Source: Verrucomicrobiia bacterium
GTDB lineage: Bacteria > Verrucomicrobiota > Verrucomicrobiia > Limisphaerales > UBA1319
Length of the DNA: 64,000 nucleotides
Assembly: GCA_963664225.1 (NCBI GenBank)
Contig: OY760937.1
Location: 5,152,001-5,216,000 of the forward strand
Reading direction: 5' to 3'
Shown: positions 49,860 through 59,773 of the stretch, in pieces
How the letters are laid out: every line of letters begins with the position of its first letter
How positions within the stretch are numbered: the first letter of the stretch is position 1
Made by a program: the position numbers and the translations under genes
Notes under the pieces: generated by a model
Seen by the model: the letters and a program-made list of their open reading frames with translations, nothing else
What the model was told of the DNA's origin: nothing
Databases searched by the model: none

Positions 49860-51703
49860 AACAGCTTTCGTTGAAGCATGGAGAGGGTTTTCTCCAATTC
49901 TGGCCACAGCGATAGAGTGGTGGTGGCGGTGGCGGGCTGGAGTGAAAAACGCCCCCCGTCCGCTGCGGCAAACACGCTTTTAATAAGAGTTCCCTGCGTT
50001 CCCGCACGTTCTTCCGGCGTTAACGTATTGAGCACATCCTCGCAGACCAGCGCGTTGGGATTGGCTGCGGATTGGGGCGCGCAAACCACCCGCATGGCGG
50101 CGATGGCGGCGGCGACAAATCCAGGCGCATCCTGGCGTGCCACAGATTTCTTAAGCGCCCTCAAATTTGCTTTGAAGGCCCGCTGCGCCTCGTGCTTTCG
50201 AACCACTTCCGGATGCAGCGCGAAGTATTGTCGGCGGCGGTTCCAAAACCAAAGGGCGCTCAGAATGCTTGTCGGCAGGAGTTGCAGCGCGATAAACCAG
50301 GGGCGCTGCTGCAATGGAGCATAACTCCAAGCCTTCCTGCCAGGTGTTTCCGCCAGGCCAGTCATCACGGATTGAGCGGCTTCTCCATTATTGTTTGAGG
50401 TTTCCGAGTCGGCTAATGAGGGAGCCAATGGAAGGGTTTGCGGCTGCGCGCCACCCGGCGCGGGATTCACTTTAAGCGGAACTGGTGGAATGGTGATATC
50501 GACAAAACTCTTTTGCTGTGGATCAAAAAAAGCAAATGGAATGGCGGGAGTCGCGCGCAAGCGGTCACTTAACGGAATCAAGGTGTAACTAAAACTGCGC
50601 ACTCCAGAAAATGGAGAGGTGTTTGGCGTTAGGGCATCCGTGGTCGGCGGAAACACCTGCCATAACGCAGTGCTGACGGGGCGGGGTAATGGGAATCGTG
50701 AAATGTTACCTTCGCCTTTGACAATAACAGTGAGAGTAACAGGGTCGCCAGCGCGGACTTCATCCGAGGAAAGCTTGGGCGGTTCAAGCTGAAAATGTCC
50801 CATTGCGCCCGTGAATCCAGGTAACTCGCCTGTTTTAGGCAATGGTAGAATGTCCAGAGTCACCGGGGCCGAATCCACCAGAGGCATATAAAGGGCGGGA
50901 TTGGGATTTGGGCCGAATAGTGCCGGATTAATGATCGCGTTGACTTGGGCCAGAAGCTGATTTTTTCCATGGCGGATGGGTGTGACGAGCACCTCCGCAA
51001 CCATTGCGATTGAGGACTTGCCGTTGCGGGTGGTGATATCGCGACGCTGGCGTATCGACGTGGGATCCATCATGAAAGCGTCCCCTTGGATTTGAAGTTG
51101 CGTCATGCCCTGCACACTGTTGTTGCCGGTGTCGAGAAGTAGGATTTTTATCGGAATGGCCTGCCCTGTGTAGAATTGTCCGGGTGGCAACTCCACCACA
51201 ACGGTGGGACTCCCTGGGGTGGCGGCCACGTTGGCAGCAGTGACAGTTAAATGAGCTTGAGGAACGACGATCGACTTGCCATAAGCCGTCAGCGAAAAGG
51301 ATGGTATGACGTAGTTGCCTGGATTATTCGCCGACGCCCTGAAATTAATGGTGGTGCGCGGAATCAGTTTGTTGCCGTTGGGGAGAAAAAGCTGGCCGCG
51401 TCCACCTGCGACCAATTCCAAGCCCGGGGGATTGGGGAGCGCAGATGGAAGTTGCACCGACTCATTCATGGCATTGAGGGTGATTCGAAAGGTGACTATG
51501 GCGCCTGCAGGAATTATCGGAGGATCGAATTGTGCATTGACAACCACTGGGGCATCGACATCGATCGACGGTTGTTGAAGCATCAATGTGCTCAACACGT
51601 CGGGGTTTGTCTGCGCCGGTGCCGCAAGCACCATGCAAAGGCCAAACAGCAGGCATAATAATCTTGCGAAGACCGATAGGTGTATTTTACCAGTTGCGTC
51701 CAT
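49856..51703 (-). CDS. BatD-family protein
   Basis: Signal peptide, Ig-like repeats, PLP...FTGAMG, V.GEGNI, FFDP, C-terminal TM. Confidence 0.85.
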   Translation of the reverse strand: MDATGKIHLSVFARLLCLLFGLCMVLAAPAQTNPDVLSTLMLQQPSIDVDAPVVVNAQFDPPIIPAGAIVTFRITLNAMNESVQLPSALPNPPGLELVAGGRGQLFLPNGNKLIPRTTINFRASANNPGNYVIPSFSLTAYGKSIVVPQAHLTVTAANVAATPGSPTVVVELPPGQFYTGQAIPIKILLLDTGNNSVQGMTQLQIQGDAFMMDPTSIRQRRDITTRNGKSSIAMVAEVLVTPIRHGKNQLLAQVNAIINPALFGPNPNPALYMPLVDSAPVTLDILPLPKTGELPGFTGAMGHFQLEPPKLSSDEVRAGDPVTLTVIVKGEGNISRFPLPRPVSTALWQVFPPTTDALTPNTSPFSGVRSFSYTLIPLSDRLRATPAIPFAFFDPQQKSFVDITIPPVPLKVNPAPGGAQPQTLPLAPSLADSETSNNNGEAAQSVMTGLAETPGRKAWSYAPLQQRPWFIALQLLPTSILSALWFWNRRRQYFALHPEVVRKHEAQRAFKANLRALKKSVARQDAPGFVAAAIAAMRVVCAPQSAANPNALVCEDVLNTLTPEERAGTQGTLIKSVFAAADGGRFSLQPATATTTLSLWPELEKTLSMLQRKLL

Positions 51704-53618
51704 TGTTGTCTTTAGGTGTTCCGGTCTGTTCCAAACCCAGGGGCAGCTTTCGATTGGCATCCAATTTAAGCGATTCCATCAATCGAATGGCTTCGTCGCG
51801 ATCCATTTTTTTCTCTTTGCCCTCTTGCGCCGGGGCCTCCTGATCGCCTTTTCTGGGTTCCTTGGGTTTATCGTTTTCCTCTTCTTCATCACCCCCGTCA
51901 TCCTTGGCATCCTCGCTGTCTTTTGGGAGACGTTTTTTTAATTCCGCCATCATGCGTTTTACTTTTTCGCTATCGCCTTTAAGGAACATGGAGGATTCTT
52001 GCTCGCGCTGCAGCATGTCAATCAGTTGAGCAATGTTGGCATCGACGAAATCGCCGTTGGCTTTTGCTGCGGCGTCGGATGGATTCAGTTCAAAAGCGCT
52101 TTTAAAGTCTCCAGAAGCGCGCTGCCACTTGAGCAAAACGCTGCTGTGCGTGTCCATCGCCCGCTTAACGACTTGTGTGACTGTTTTAAGTTCTTTGCGG
52201 GCTCCCCGGCCTCGCCTGTATGCGGCGGTGATGGCATCGATGTTACTGGATGCCAACGCATTGCTTCCGTCAACCAAGCTGTCAGCCGAGTTGGCCAGGA
52301 TGTTTTTGGCTTGTTGTTGGACCTGACCGCTGGCGATTTCCTTCAAGGCCTCGATGCCTTGACGAAAGCGGGTGTGACCGAGATTAAAAAGGGCGGTGGA
52401 TTGAACACGGGGGTCGTTTGAGGCAACGGCGGTTTGCAAATAAGATTCGGCCTGATTCAAGTTCGTGTTGTTAAGTTGTTGGGTGCCCGCGTTATAAAAC
52501 TCGCGCGGGGTGTGTGGTTCCGGCGGATCGTTGGTCGCGGCAGAAAGGGGTGTATTTGCATATAAAATGCTTATAATAAGCAGGATAAATGCGGTGTGGT
52601 GTATGTGCATTCGGCGACGGGTGCCGAGAAGGGATTCCATAACGAGAAGCAATATAACTAACGCCACAGGGAGATGGAAGCGGTCCACTCCATATTTAAG
52701 CGTAGGCGTATAATGCGCGGAGTTTGAAGGGGTCTGGATATTCAGGAGCACTTTGTTCATGCCTTCACCCATGGCACCCAAGGGTTGATAAGTTGCATGG
52801 GTGATTTGGGCAATGTCGCGGAGGGTTTGTTCATCAAGGCGGCTGAGGACGGGATTGCCAGATGCATCCTTTACGAGTTCAGGGACACCCTGCGGCGTGG
52901 AAATATGAATCTGGGATCCGGCGCTTGTGCCGATGCCAATGGTGAACACCTGGACATCCTTTTCTGTGAGTTTGCGAGCTTGTTCAATGCCTGTTTTTTG
53001 CAGGTCCTCGCCGTCAGTCAGAAGGACCATGATTTTACGCCGGTCGAGCTTTTCCATGGCAAGAAAGGCCTCGTCCAATGCGCGGCCCAGATCGGTTCCC
53101 TGCACGGGTATGGAATGCTCGTCGAGCGAAGATATGGCTTCGCGAAAGGCTTCGTAATCGTAGGTCAGTGGACAGAGGAGGAAGGCTTGTCCGGCGAAGG
53201 CCACGAGACCGACGCGTCCCTGGCCGTGTTTTTGCACGAAATCCATGACGGCAAATTTCGCACGGGTCAGGCGGTTCGGGCGGATATCGCCGGCCATCAT
53301 GCTTTGGGAGCAGTCGATCAGGAAAAGGATATCCTGGCCCATGGTTTCGGTGACCTCGGTTTGCTCGCCCCATTGAGGGCGCGCCAACGCGATGCCGATG
53401 GCGGCAACGGCAAGAACCAGAAGGGTTTCTTTAAATATGCGCTTTCGCGGGCTATGGGAACGGAGCATGTTCTGCAGGATTTCAGGAACCGCAAGGAGTC
53501 CGAGATCCCTGCGGCGCGACCATGCGGCATAGCGATGCAGAAGGATCAGGGTAATGCAGGCAAGAATTGCAAGCCACAGCCAACGGGGTTCCGCGAAATG
53601 GGGGTTGGTGAAGTCCAT
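51687..53618 (-). CDS. BatB/BatC-like vWA plus TPR protein
   Basis: LARPQWG, MIDAS DCSQSM, PLTYDY, LTDGED, then TPR-like region and acidic tail ending RNW. Confidence 0.88.
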   Translation of the reverse strand: MDFTNPHFAEPRWLWLAILACITLILLHRYAAWSRRRDLGLLAVPEILQNMLRSHSPRKRIFKETLLVLAVAAIGIALARPQWGEQTEVTETMGQDILFLIDCSQSMMAGDIRPNRLTRAKFAVMDFVQKHGQGRVGLVAFAGQAFLLCPLTYDYEAFREAISSLDEHSIPVQGTDLGRALDEAFLAMEKLDRRKIMVLLTDGEDLQKTGIEQARKLTEKDVQVFTIGIGTSAGSQIHISTPQGVPELVKDASGNPVLSRLDEQTLRDIAQITHATYQPLGAMGEGMNKVLLNIQTPSNSAHYTPTLKYGVDRFHLPVALVILLLVMESLLGTRRRMHIHHTAFILLIISILYANTPLSAATNDPPEPHTPREFYNAGTQQLNNTNLNQAESYLQTAVASNDPRVQSTALFNLGHTRFRQGIEALKEIASGQVQQQAKNILANSADSLVDGSNALASSNIDAITAAYRRGRGARKELKTVTQVVKRAMDTHSSVLLKWQRASGDFKSAFELNPSDAAAKANGDFVDANIAQLIDMLQREQESSMFLKGDSEKVKRMMAELKKRLPKDSEDAKDDGGDEEEENDKPKEPRKGDQEAPAQEGKEKKMDRDEAIRLMESLKLDANRKLPLGLEQTGTPKDNNGRNW

Positions 53619-53619
53619 A

Positions 53620-54660
53620 TCAGGGCAGGCGACGGAACCGGGTGTTTGCGAGAATGATTTCCATGGCCAGCAGGGCGGCGGCGGCGAGCAGGGGCCATTG
53701 GAACAACGGGGTGAAAGTGGTGTAACGGCGCAATTTGACTTCGGTTTTTTCGAGTTGGTCAATTTCGCTGTAGATCTCTCCGAGTTCTCGACGATTCGTG
53801 GCGCGGTAGAATCGGCCTTTTGTCGCGCGGGCCATGTCGTCAAGGACTTTGTAATTGGCCGGTTGCAGGGTCATGGTGGGGATGGTTTGGCCTGCGGCAT
53901 CAAGACGCAGTTTCCCGGTCTTTGGATCGAACGCGGGCAGGACGCAGGGTTTTTCCTGGCCGATACCAATGGTGTAGAGCTTTGTTCTTAGGGCTGCCGC
54001 CAATTGGGCTGAGGGCAGGGGATCAATGTCGCCCTTGTTGTTATCCCCATCGGTGAGCAGGATGATGATACGGCTTTTGCTGTCCTTGAGAACCTGGAGG
54101 CGTTTAACTGCGGTGGCCGTGGCATCACCAATGGCCGTGCCCAACTCCTGAATCATCCCGATGTGGAGGCGTTTGAGGTTTTGAGTGAGCCAGTCATGAT
54201 TGAGGGTCAGAGGGCAGACCAGGTATGGAACGGCGCTGAAACCGATGAGCCCGAGGCGATCGTTTTGTCTCTTTTGGATGAAATCTCCCATGACGGATTG
54301 GGCGATGGCGATTCGGGATAGGCGTTCCGAGGGCGCTCCCATGTCAATGGCCATCATGGACCAGGAAAGGTCCAGAACGAGCATGATGTCGACGCCGCTG
54401 GCCTGGGTTTCGGTGCGGTCGTGGGCGAAGCGCGGACCCGCGAGCGCCACGATGCAGAGAGCGATCACGAGGATGCGCAGCGAAAGGATCAGCCGTCCGG
54501 CCGTGGCGCGGGCGGCATTGGCGGCAGCACGGGCAATTTCCGCGCTCGGGAACAGGAGCGAGGATCGCCCGCCGATGCGCCCTTGGAGGAAGGCATAGAG
54601 CGGCAGCAGTGCCAACAGGCCCAGCACCCAGGGGTATTGAAATTGGAAATGCGAATTCAT
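53620..54660 (-). CDS. BatA-like vWA domain protein
   Basis: FQYPW, MIDAS DLSWSM, GTAIG, LLTDGDNN, IDQLEKT. Confidence 0.9.
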   Translation of the reverse strand: MNSHFQFQYPWVLGLLALLPLYAFLQGRIGGRSSLLFPSAEIARAAANAARATAGRLILSLRILVIALCIVALAGPRFAHDRTETQASGVDIMLVLDLSWSMMAIDMGAPSERLSRIAIAQSVMGDFIQKRQNDRLGLIGFSAVPYLVCPLTLNHDWLTQNLKRLHIGMIQELGTAIGDATATAVKRLQVLKDSKSRIIILLTDGDNNKGDIDPLPSAQLAAALRTKLYTIGIGQEKPCVLPAFDPKTGKLRLDAAGQTIPTMTLQPANYKVLDDMARATKGRFYRATNRRELGEIYSEIDQLEKTEVKLRRYTTFTPLFQWPLLAAAALLAMEIILANTRFRRLP

Positions 54661-55217
54661 GTATTCGCAGGCCCCGCTGTTAATGAGCTTTTTGTTTGCT
54701 CGAGAGCACGCTGCGCCATGATCAATCGTTCGACGAGCGTCTTCGCTTGTTCCGCCAAAGGTGCGGGTGTTGGTATGGATTGGTCGCGATGTGACGTATT
54801 GTCGAATGCGATGTGGTCGCAGTTACGAAGGATGTTTTCGATTTCAGCAAGGAGTTCTGGAGTCAGGCCGCGTTGGCGATGGAGCAGTGGGAGAAGTTCT
54901 TCTGTGGTCATGGCCTCGCACGGGATAAAGAATATTGCGATGAGATATTCGCGCAGGGCGTGGGCGATCATCAAGGCGTCTTCGGGTGTGGCGGGTCTGA
55001 TGGGCAACCCTGCAAGACGCTGGCGAACGATGGATTCAGGAGCCGGGGCGGGGGTGAGGGCGATAACACGTTTTCGGGTCATGAAAACCACAAACAGGGC
55101 GATGGCCAAGATCATTAGAGCACCGAGCCATCCGTAGGCTTCCCATGCCGAGGGCGGCAATTCTCCCTTGGGGGGAACCATTTTCTGCGGCTGAGCGATG
55201 TTGGTGGCTGAGGGCAT
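54657..55217 (-). CDS. DUF4381-like membrane protein of the Bat operon
   Basis: Single TM, ALREYL, AMTTEEL, CDHIAF; position between DUF58 and batA. Confidence 0.7.
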   Translation of the reverse strand: MPSATNIAQPQKMVPPKGELPPSAWEAYGWLGALMILAIALFVVFMTRKRVIALTPAPAPESIVRQRLAGLPIRPATPEDALMIAHALREYLIAIFFIPCEAMTTEELLPLLHRQRGLTPELLAEIENILRNCDHIAFDNTSHRDQSIPTPAPLAEQAKTLVERLIMAQRALEQTKSSLTAGPANT

Positions 55218-55241
55218 TTTTTGGGCGTCAGACTGGATCAG

Positions 55242-56159
55242 TTAGCGCCAGGCCTGACCGCGTTGGCGGGTTTCGAAGAAGGTCTGGAGCTTTTGCGCGA
55301 AAGGCTCGCGCGTGTTCAGACGGATGGAAGGGATTCCGGTCTGGCGCAGGGCACGATCCAATGTGTTCAAGCGATCCGCGTTGGATTGGGCGTAACGTTC
55401 ACGAAGCGAGGTGCGATGGGAGTCCAATTCGAGGAGTTCTCCGGTTTCGGCGTCCTCAATGGTGAGCAGGCCGGCTTCGGGCAGTTGGCTTTCAAGTGGA
55501 TCGTGGAGGTGGATGCAGACGAGATCGTGCCGGGCATTGGCGAGGCCGATTTCCTGAAGCGCGCTTCTGGAAGATGTGGACGGTTTCAGAGGATCGAAGC
55601 TGTGCAGAAAATCGGTGATCAGGAATACCAGGCAGGTCCGGTGGAGCATGTGGTTGAGAAAAGCCAGCGCAGAGCCGATCTGAGTGCCTTTGTTGCGGGG
55701 TTGGTGGAATACCATTTCCTGGATCATGCGCAGGATGTGGCGGCGGCTTTTGCGCATGGGCAGGAAAAGTTCAACCTGGTCGGTGAAAAGGCAAAGGGCG
55801 GCTTTATCTCCGTTGCGTGTTGCGGAAAAGGCGAGGGTGGCCCCGACTTCCGCGGCAAATTCTCTTTTGGTCAGGGAGCCGGATGCAAAGGAACTGGAGG
55901 CGGAGATGTCCATGGCCACGACGATGCCCAGTTCCCGTTCTTCACGGTATTCCTTGATGAACGGGCGGCCCATGCGGTTGGTGACGTTCCAGTCGATATC
56001 GCGGACATCGTCGCCGGGCATGTATTCGCGGAGTTCCTCGAAATCGAGACCGCGCCCCTTGAATTGGCTGAGGCAGCCGCCGACCATCATGTCATTGACA
56101 AGGCGGTTGGTGCGAATTTCGACGCGTCGGACCGTTTCAAGCATTTCGCGGACGTTCAT
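55242..56159 (-). CDS. DUF58 domain protein
   Basis: FKGRGLDFEELREY.PGDDVRDIDWNVT, DISAS. Confidence 0.92.
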   Translation of the reverse strand: MNVREMLETVRRVEIRTNRLVNDMMVGGCLSQFKGRGLDFEELREYMPGDDVRDIDWNVTNRMGRPFIKEYREERELGIVVAMDISASSSFASGSLTKREFAAEVGATLAFSATRNGDKAALCLFTDQVELFLPMRKSRRHILRMIQEMVFHQPRNKGTQIGSALAFLNHMLHRTCLVFLITDFLHSFDPLKPSTSSRSALQEIGLANARHDLVCIHLHDPLESQLPEAGLLTIEDAETGELLELDSHRTSLRERYAQSNADRLNTLDRALRQTGIPSIRLNTREPFAQKLQTFFETRQRGQAWR

Positions 56160-56162
56160 GCC

Positions 56163-57152
56163 TCAGGGCACCGGGATGGTGTTAAAGATTTTCTTGATGA
56201 GGAAATCGGTGGTGATGCCCTCAGCCTCGGCTTCATATGTGAGGATGATGCGGTGGCGGAGAACGTCCGGTCCAATGGATTTAATATCCTGGGGTGTGAC
56301 GTAGGTGCGGCCCTGCAAAAGCGCCCAAGCCTTGGCGGCGAGGGTGAGCGCAATGGTGGCGCGCGGGGAGGCTCCAAACTGGATGTAGCGTTTGAGGTCG
56401 AGATGGTATTGCTCTGGGGAACGTGTGGCAAAGACGACACGGACGACGTAATCGCGGATTTTGTCATCGACGTGTATGGAGTCCACGAGTTTGCGGGTCT
56501 GATGAATTTGCTCCAGTTCGATGACCGGTTTGACCGTGGTATCGGGAGCAGTAAAAGCCATGGTATCGAGAATCTTGCGCTCCTCTTCGAAAGTGGGATA
56601 GCCGACAATGACCTTGAACATGAAGCGGTCGACCTGAGCTTCGGGCAGTGGATAAGTGCCTTCCTGGTCGATGGGGTTTTCAGTTGCCAGAACGAGAAAC
56701 GGGGAGGGCAGGGGCATTGTTTCGCCACCGAGGGTTACTTGACGCTCCTGCATGGCCTCGAGCAGGGCGGATTGGACTTTGGCCGGGGCGCGATTGATTT
56801 CATCGGCGAGGACAAAGTGGGCGAAGATGGGGCCTTTGGTGGCTCTGTAGGCACCGTCCTGTGGATTATAGATGAGCGTGCCCACAATGTCTGCAGGCAG
56901 CAGGTCGGGGGTGAACTGGATTCGGTGAAATTGTGCGTGGATGGCGGCGGCAAGGGTGCGCACGCACATGGTCTTGGCGAGGCCGGGCACGCCTTCGAGC
57001 AATACATGCCCGTTGGCAAGCAGGCCAACCAATAGGCGGTCCACCAAATATTGCTGGCCGACAATGACCCGTGCGACTTCCTGCCGCAAGGCGTTGACCC
57101 AAGTGGCGGTCCGTGTGACCTGGCCTTCCAATTCGTCCAAATTAACTCTCAT
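56163..57152 (-). CDS. moxR: MoxR-family AAA+ ATPase
   Basis: EGVPGLAKT, RIQFTPDLLPAD, ADEINRAPAKVQSALLEAM, EGTYPLPEAQ, GASPRA. Start set at MRVNLDE. Confidence 0.95.
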   Translation of the reverse strand: MRVNLDELEGQVTRTATWVNALRQEVARVIVGQQYLVDRLLVGLLANGHVLLEGVPGLAKTMCVRTLAAAIHAQFHRIQFTPDLLPADIVGTLIYNPQDGAYRATKGPIFAHFVLADEINRAPAKVQSALLEAMQERQVTLGGETMPLPSPFLVLATENPIDQEGTYPLPEAQVDRFMFKVIVGYPTFEEERKILDTMAFTAPDTTVKPVIELEQIHQTRKLVDSIHVDDKIRDYVVRVVFATRSPEQYHLDLKRYIQFGASPRATIALTLAAKAWALLQGRTYVTPQDIKSIGPDVLRHRIILTYEAEAEGITTDFLIKKIFNTIPVP

Positions 57153-57382
57153 GCAAGACAGGGATGAATACTCTGGAATGGGGATTGACTCAAGCGCGGA
57201 GACGGAAAATTGTCGGGAGACAGAATGACAAAGATCTGGAGTGAAACGGTTTGGGCTGATAAAAGAAGGGAAATGAACAGGATTGGGAGGTTTATGATCA
57301 AAACACGTAACAGGGGCGATTGGACAGCGGGTGCAATTTTTCGATTGGCGGAAGTGATCGTGTGAATGCATGTTAAATTCAA

Positions 57383-57796
57383 ATGAGATTAACAATGAAA
57401 ATGAAATGGGGTGTCCTGGTTTCAATCACCGTCACTTCGTTGAGTCTGCTTTGCGGCTGTGCATCGACCGATGTGGGTGGAGCCGCCGCCGTGGCGACGG
57501 GAACTGGTTCGGCCACGTACAATGGTGGGGAACTAAGTTCTGAGGAGAGCGTGGGGCTGGAACAGGGTTGGAAGGCGATCCTGGCTCAGGCAAGGGAGAT
57601 GCAGAGTGCCGTGGAGGATCAATGGAAAAATGAAGTCAGCGCGCAGGTCGTTTTTCGGGACCAGGCTAACAACAAAATCGATATTAAATTGACGGTCGCA
57701 AAGGAAGGGTCGACGACATTTCGGATTAAGGTGGGTTCCTTTGGAGATGAGATCTATTCACAAGAAATATTGTCAAAAATCCGCAAACGATTCTGA
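57383..57796 (+). CDS. DUF3568-like lipoprotein
   Basis: Lipobox LCGC, Gly/Ala linker, IKVGSFGDE..S..IL.KI. Confidence 0.7.
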   Translation: MRLTMKMKWGVLVSITVTSLSLLCGCASTDVGGAAAVATGTGSATYNGGELSSEESVGLEQGWKAILAQAREMQSAVEDQWKNEVSAQVVFRDQANNKIDIKLTVAKEGSTTFRIKVGSFGDEIYSQEILSKIRKRF

Positions 57797-57921
57797 AGGA
57801 GACGGTTGCCACAAACTGCAAATTTAATAATTTGCATGATGTTGGCATGAAACTTGTTGCATATTGGGTTGGTGTCCTGCGGTGGACGGCATGGGAAATG
57901 TGAATAATCGCGAAGCTGCCG

Positions 57922-57950
57922 TTGACACTTTGTTTGCAAGTAGCTAGGGT
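57922..57950 (+). promoter_or_regulatory. Putative sigma70 promoter
   Basis: TTGACA-N17-TAGGGT, 30 bp upstream of ATG 57981. Confidence 0.45.
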
Positions 57951-57980
57951 CTTAACAAAATAAAACGAATTGGTGATACG

Positions 57981-58739
57981 ATGCTTTTACGAATTGCTTT
58001 AATTGTGGCGATTATCGCTGGCTTGGGGGCCACGGCCGTCAGCCATTTCCAGGTGGATCCGAAGATCAAGTTAATCACCGGGGAACGCGATGAGAACGCG
58101 CAACAGCGTGACACAGCGCTGGCGAATGAAAAGACGGCCAAGAAGAAGGCTGACGATACCAAGAAAGAACTTGATAAGACCAACAAGGAGCTAGCGGATA
58201 AGACCACCAGTCTGGAGACAATGACCGCGGAGGCCGCTTCGCAACGTCAACGGGGTAACACCCTGGCGGGCAAGTTGGAGACCACAACCATGGAGCGCAA
58301 TGAGGCTCAGACAAAACTGGCGGCCTGGGATGCCACAGGATTGAACGTCGATCAAGTTTCCAATGTGGTTTACTCATTGAAAGCGGTTACGACGGAGCGG
58401 GATGCGATTCAGGAGGAGAACACGGTTCTTTTGCGTGACAACCGGCAATTGGATGCCCGGCTGAAGAAATATGAGATTCCCGGTGCAAAAATAACCCTGC
58501 CCCCGACCCTCAAGGGCAAAGTGGTGGCTGTGGATGCGAAGTGGGATTTTGTGGTTTTGGATATCGGCACGGATCAAGGAGCTGTGGAGGATGGAGAAAT
58601 GCTGGTGAATCGCGGGGGGAAATTGGTTGCGAAGGTTAAATTAACGAGTGTGCAGCGCTCGCGGAGCATCGCCAATATCATTCCTGAATGGAAGCAGGGG
58701 GAGATCAGCGCGGGCGACCTGGTGATCTCGAGTCTGTAA
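57981..58739 (+). CDS. Membrane-anchored coiled-coil protein with C-terminal beta domain
   Basis: N-terminal TM, long coiled coil, GKVVAVD..WDFVVLDIG..QG...GDLV tail. Confidence 0.75.
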   Translation: MLLRIALIVAIIAGLGATAVSHFQVDPKIKLITGERDENAQQRDTALANEKTAKKKADDTKKELDKTNKELADKTTSLETMTAEAASQRQRGNTLAGKLETTTMERNEAQTKLAAWDATGLNVDQVSNVVYSLKAVTTERDAIQEENTVLLRDNRQLDARLKKYEIPGAKITLPPTLKGKVVAVDAKWDFVVLDIGTDQGAVEDGEMLVNRGGKLVAKVKLTSVQRSRSIANIIPEWKQGEISAGDLVISSL

Positions 58740-58767
58740 ACCTGCAGCGTGGAATCTCAATCGTGCA

Positions 58768-58968
58768 ATGCGTCCCAACAGGATCAATGTGATTAAGAAA
58801 TTGAAGGCCGTATTGGCTCGCAGGGCGTTTTTTCTTTTATTGCTCGGGATTGCCAGCCTGATTGTAGGATGCGCAACGACGGAATCCGAAAACGAGTCTT
58901 CGCGGCCGTGGAACACGCCCAAATCTTGGGAAAACGGTTTGCCTGCGGGTTTGTACGAGGGTCGATAG
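58768..58968 (+). CDS. Small lipoprotein
   Basis: Lipobox IVGC; RPWNTPKSWE; followed by a terminator. Confidence 0.65.
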   Translation: MRPNRINVIKKLKAVLARRAFFLLLLGIASLIVGCATTESENESSRPWNTPKSWENGLPAGLYEGR

Positions 58969-58995
58969 ATTTCTTATCAGCATCCGTTTATTTCA

Positions 58996-59029
58996 GCCGC
59001 GAGTGATTATTGCTCGCGGTGTTTTTTTT
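58996..59029 (+). terminator. Intrinsic terminator
   Basis: GCCGCGAGT...GCTCGCGGT followed by T8. Confidence 0.75.
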
Positions 59030-59119
59030 GATATTCGGCTGATGGAGGGTCCAAAGACTAGTTTTGGGGGGCGCGAATTCCTCTTGATGGTTTCTTATTT
59101 CTTTTTCTAAAGTACCAAC

Positions 59120-59773
59120 GTGGATTTATTGAGTTATAGTGTTACAGCTCTTTTGGCGTACTTGCTGGGTTCGATACCGACCGGTTATCTGGCGGGGCGT
59201 ATCTTTGGCATCGATATTCGCAAGGAGGGTAGTGGAAACATAGGCGCGACAAACGTTTTGCGTATTCTGGGGAAGGGTGCGGGATCGTTTGTTCTGGCGA
59301 TCGATGCTCTGAAGGGGTTTGCCGCGTGCGCATGGCTGGCGCCGATGGTCCAGCACGCGATTGGGGCTCCGCCGACAGATCGTACGGAATACTTACTTGC
59401 ATTGGCGGGGCTTTGCGCCGTGATGGGTCATAATTACACTTGTTGGCTCGGTTTCAAGGGCGGCAAGGGAATTTCCACTTCAGCGGGGGTGTTCGGAGCG
59501 CTGGTTCCATACGCGGTTTTAATCACTGTAGTGGTGTGGGTGCTGGTCCTGGCGCTGACGCGGTATGTGTCGCTCGCGTCTATTGCAGCGGCATTTACAT
59601 TGCCTGTGATGGTGTGGTGGTGGAGCGGTTCATACTTATATTTGGGGGCGATTTCAATTATCAGCGTCGTTGCGCTCTATAAGCACCGGTCGAATATGCA
59701 GCGGTTGCTCAATGGGACTGAAAACCGCTTTGGAAAGAAGAGCGGGGCAGAAAAGGAGAATGAAAAGGCATGA
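59120..59773 (+). CDS. plsY: Glycerol-3-phosphate acyltransferase PlsY
   Basis: YLLGSIP, GSGNIGATNVLR, GH, FKGGKG, YVSLAS, HRSN. Confidence 0.96.
   Translation: MDLLSYSVTALLAYLLGSIPTGYLAGRIFGIDIRKEGSGNIGATNVLRILGKGAGSFVLAIDALKGFAACAWLAPMVQHAIGAPPTDRTEYLLALAGLCAVMGHNYTCWLGFKGGKGISTSAGVFGALVPYAVLITVVVWVLVLALTRYVSLASIAAAFTLPVMVWWWSGSYLYLGAISIISVVALYKHRSNMQRLLNGTENRFGKKSGAEKENEKA

Noticed and set aside
55221..57035. 604-aa plus-strand ORF
   Set aside because: Antisense shadow of moxR and DUF58 with no motifs; long antisense ORFs are expected from GC-rich codon bias.
49032..57152. MoxR-DUF58-Bat cluster as a novel system
   Set aside because: Matches the known MoxR/vWA Bat operon layout; annotated as features only.
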